From Halobacteriales archaeon (GTDB lineage Archaea > Halobacteriota > Halobacteria > Halobacteriales > SKSH01), in contig JBKGZP010000001.1 in assembly GCA_046543335.1 (NCBI GenBank), positions 12,234 to 76,233 on the forward strand: 64,000 bases of DNA, given 5' to 3'. The notes beneath the pieces are model-generated. The model was not told the DNA's origin, ran no database searches, and saw only the letters and a list, made by a program, of their open reading frames with translations. Shown here one piece after another: positions 61,702-64,000 of the stretch. The position numbers and the translations under genes are program-made. How positions within the stretch are numbered: the stretch's first letter is position 1; every line of letters begins with the position of its first letter.

Positions 61702-62592
61702 GTGACGCGACGGATCGGCGCGGCGATGGTCCTGCTCGCCGCCGCGGGCTTCGGCACGATCGCGGTCTTCGGCAAGCTCGGGTTCGCGGCGGGGTTGAAC
61801 AACGCGACGATGCTCGGCTTCCGGTTCCCGATCGCGGCGGTCGTGTTGTGGGCGGTCGTCCTCGCACGTCGGGGTCTGCCCCGCGTGCCTCGGCGTCAGG
61901 CCGCCGGTGCGCTCGGCCTCGGGGTGGCGTACACCGTCCTCACGGGGGCCTTCTTCTGGGGTCTGGTGTACCTCACCGCCGGTCTGGCGGTGATCACCCT
62001 CTACACCTACCCGATATACGTCTTCATCATCGCCGTCGTCCTCCTCGGGGAGGCCGTCACCCGACGGAAGCTGGTCGCGCTGCTCCTCGCCATCGGTGGT
62101 GTCGTCGTGATCGTCGGCCTCGATACGAGCGGTGTCGACCCGCTCGGCCTGGCGCTGGTGTCGGCCGCCGCCGTGGCGTACGCGGTCTACACGACGGGCA
62201 GCCGCGTCGCGGTCGCGGACCTCAACCCGGACGTGCTCTCGACGCTCGCGATGACGGGGGCGGCGGTCCTGTTTGCCGGCTACGGCCTCCTATCGGGGAC
62301 GATGTTCGTGCCATCGAGTACCGATCAGTGGGGTGTGGTCATCGGCCTCGCGTTGCTCGGAACCGCCGCGCCGATTACCCTCTTCGCGTACGGGCTCGAG
62401 CGCGTCGAGGCCAGTCGCGCGAGCGTCCTCACCACTGCGGAGCCACCGGTCGCGGTCGCCCTCGGCGTCTTGCTCCTCGACGAGAGCCTCTCCCCGGGGG
62501 TGCTGGTTGGAGGGGCGATGGTGCTGGGCGGCATCGTGCTCATCCAGTCCGAACGCACCGCCGCCCCGCCCGCGGTTGCGCCCCCGGAGTGA
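61702..62592 (+). CDS. DMT/EamA-family transporter
   Basis: About 10 TM, YTYP and EP motifs; start could be GTG 61702 or a downstream ATG. Confidence 0.88.
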   Translation: MTRRIGAAMVLLAAAGFGTIAVFGKLGFAAGLNNATMLGFRFPIAAVVLWAVVLARRGLPRVPRRQAAGALGLGVAYTVLTGAFFWGLVYLTAGLAVITLYTYPIYVFIIAVVLLGEAVTRRKLVALLLAIGGVVVIVGLDTSGVDPLGLALVSAAAVAYAVYTTGSRVAVADLNPDVLSTLAMTGAAVLFAGYGLLSGTMFVPSSTDQWGVVIGLALLGTAAPITLFAYGLERVEASRASVLTTAEPPVAVALGVLLLDESLSPGVLVGGAMVLGGIVLIQSERTAAPPAVAPPE

Positions 62593-62778
62593 TCCGACGC
62601 AGCGACCCACTCGGTGACCCCACGGCCCGCCGGAGTTCCCGAATGGCGGGGTCAATCGCAATAATTACTACAGGACCCTGAGAATTTCGACCATGGTTCT
62701 TTTGAGCACAATCATCCACCGAGACGTCGACGAGGGACGGGTCGCCCCGACGGCCGACCTCGTGCGGAGGTGGTGCCG

Positions 62779-64000
62779 ATGAGCGACCTGCCGTCGTACG
62801 CCCGGACGGTCATCCTGGGGGCGGGGATCGTCGGCAACAGCGTCGCGTATCACCTCGCCGAACAGGGTCGCGAGGACATCCTGCTCGTCGACAAGGGCCC
62901 CCTGCCGGACCCCGGCGGATCGACCGGCCACGCCTCGAACTTCATCTTCCCGGTCGAGCACTCGAAGGAGATGACGCACCTCACGCAGGACGCCCGGGAG
63001 CAGTACCGGGACATGGACGTGTTCACCGCGTCGGGCGGGATCGAGGTCGCCCGGACCGACGAGCGCATGCACGAGCTCAGGCGCCGGGTGCAGTCGGCGA
63101 AGGCCTGGGGCGAGCCCGCGGAGCTGCTCACGCCCGACGAGGTCAAGGAGCTCGTTCCCTACATCAACGAGGACATCATCAAAGGCGGCTTCTACTCGCC
63201 GGACGCGGGCGTGTGCGACCCGCTCCGCGCGGGCGAGGTCATGCGCGCCCGGGCCCAGGACAAGGGGGCGCTGGACCTCGCGCCGAACACCGAGGTCGAG
63301 GACATCGTCGTCGAGGGTGGCGCCGTGCAGGCGGTCGTGACCGACCGGGGCACCGTCGAATGCGACGAGGTCGTCATCGCCGCCGGGCTGTGGAGTCCGA
63401 AGCTCGCGAAGATGGCCGGCGTGGAGATCCCCCTGACGCCGGCGGTGCACCAGATGATCAGCGTCGGCCCGATCGACCTCTTCGAGGAGGGCGAGGGCGA
63501 GATCAACTACCCGATCGTCCGCGACGTCGACACCCAGATGTACGAGCGCCAAAGCGGCAACGACATGGAGGTCGGCTCGTACGAGCACCGGCCGATCCTC
63601 TGGGACGTCGATGACGTCCCCTCCATCGAGGAGGCGCCGCTGTCGCCGACGCAGCCGCCGCTGACGCAGGACGCCTTCGAGCCGTCCATGCAACACGCCC
63701 TCGAGATCATGCCGGAGGTGCTCGACGACCCGAACGTCGAGATCCACCACGAGATCGACGGGCTCCTGTCGGTCACGCCCGACGGGGGTCCGCTCGTGGG
63801 TCGCCTCCAGGACGTCGACGGCCTGTGGTCGTGTGCGGCGATCTGGATCAAGGAGGGTCCCGCCTTCGGCAAGGCGCTCGCCCAGTTGATGACGCGGGGC
63901 TACTCCGACATCGACATCCACGCCTCGGACGTCAACCGGTTCTACGAGTACGGCAACTCGCGCCGGTTCGTGAAGAACCGCTCCCACGAGGGCTACCAGA
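62779..64000 (+). CDS. Dimethylglycine/sarcosine dehydrogenase-oxidase family flavoprotein (partial, runs off window end)
   Basis: Manual translation: GAGIVG, GGSTGHA (FAD-linking His), AVHQM, MYERQ, TPDG.P..G; SD GGAGGTG upstream; not in ORF track. Confidence 0.9.
   Translation, partial: MSDLPSYARTVILGAGIVGNSVAYHLAEQGREDILLVDKGPLPDPGGSTGHASNFIFPVEHSKEMTHLTQDAREQYRDMDVFTASGGIEVARTDERMHELRRRVQSAKAWGEPAELLTPDEVKELVPYINEDIIKGGFYSPDAGVCDPLRAGEVMRARAQDKGALDLAPNTEVEDIVVEGGAVQAVVTDRGTVECDEVVIAAGLWSPKLAKMAGVEIPLTPAVHQMISVGPIDLFEEGEGEINYPIVRDVDTQMYERQSGNDMEVGSYEHRPILWDVDDVPSIEEAPLSPTQPPLTQDAFEPSMQHALEIMPEVLDDPNVEIHHEIDGLLSVTPDGGPLVGRLQDVDGLWSCAAIWIKEGPAFGKALAQLMTRGYSDIDIHASDVNRFYEYGNSRRFVKNRSHEGYQ

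Overview
High-GC DNA with an acidic proteome, from a halophilic archaeon (class Halobacteria; inferred from GAC/GAG/GTC-rich codons, rps8e, cetZ, cofCGH and TATA-type promoters). I found no CRISPR array, rRNA, integrase or transposase. The first ~25 kb is core chromosome: purC (partial), cofH/G/C, cetZ, tmk, an orphan E1-alpha, Lrp-TrkA-Lrp, tRNA-Leu(TAA), tRNA-Gly(GCC), split MgtE, GTPBP1, dodecin, pyrF, rps8e and phoU-pstSCAB. A ba3-type oxidase block with a Cu-ATPase follows at 40-46.5 kb, then a ZIP/USP/Ca-ATPase block. The main signal is a dispersed but nearly complete tetrahydrofolate-linked pathway for demethylating and oxidising methylated osmolytes. It comprises a stand-alone DmdA-like methyltransferase, MetF, ThyA/DHFR, Fhs, formate dehydrogenase alpha, two dissimilar BCCT carriers, IlvA, FolD and a dimethylglycine-oxidase-like flavoprotein that runs off the window end. 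Two small genes missing from the ORF track, a frameshifted lipoprotein pseudogene and several candidate operator palindromes are also reported. Family calls come from motif recognition only; no database searches were run.
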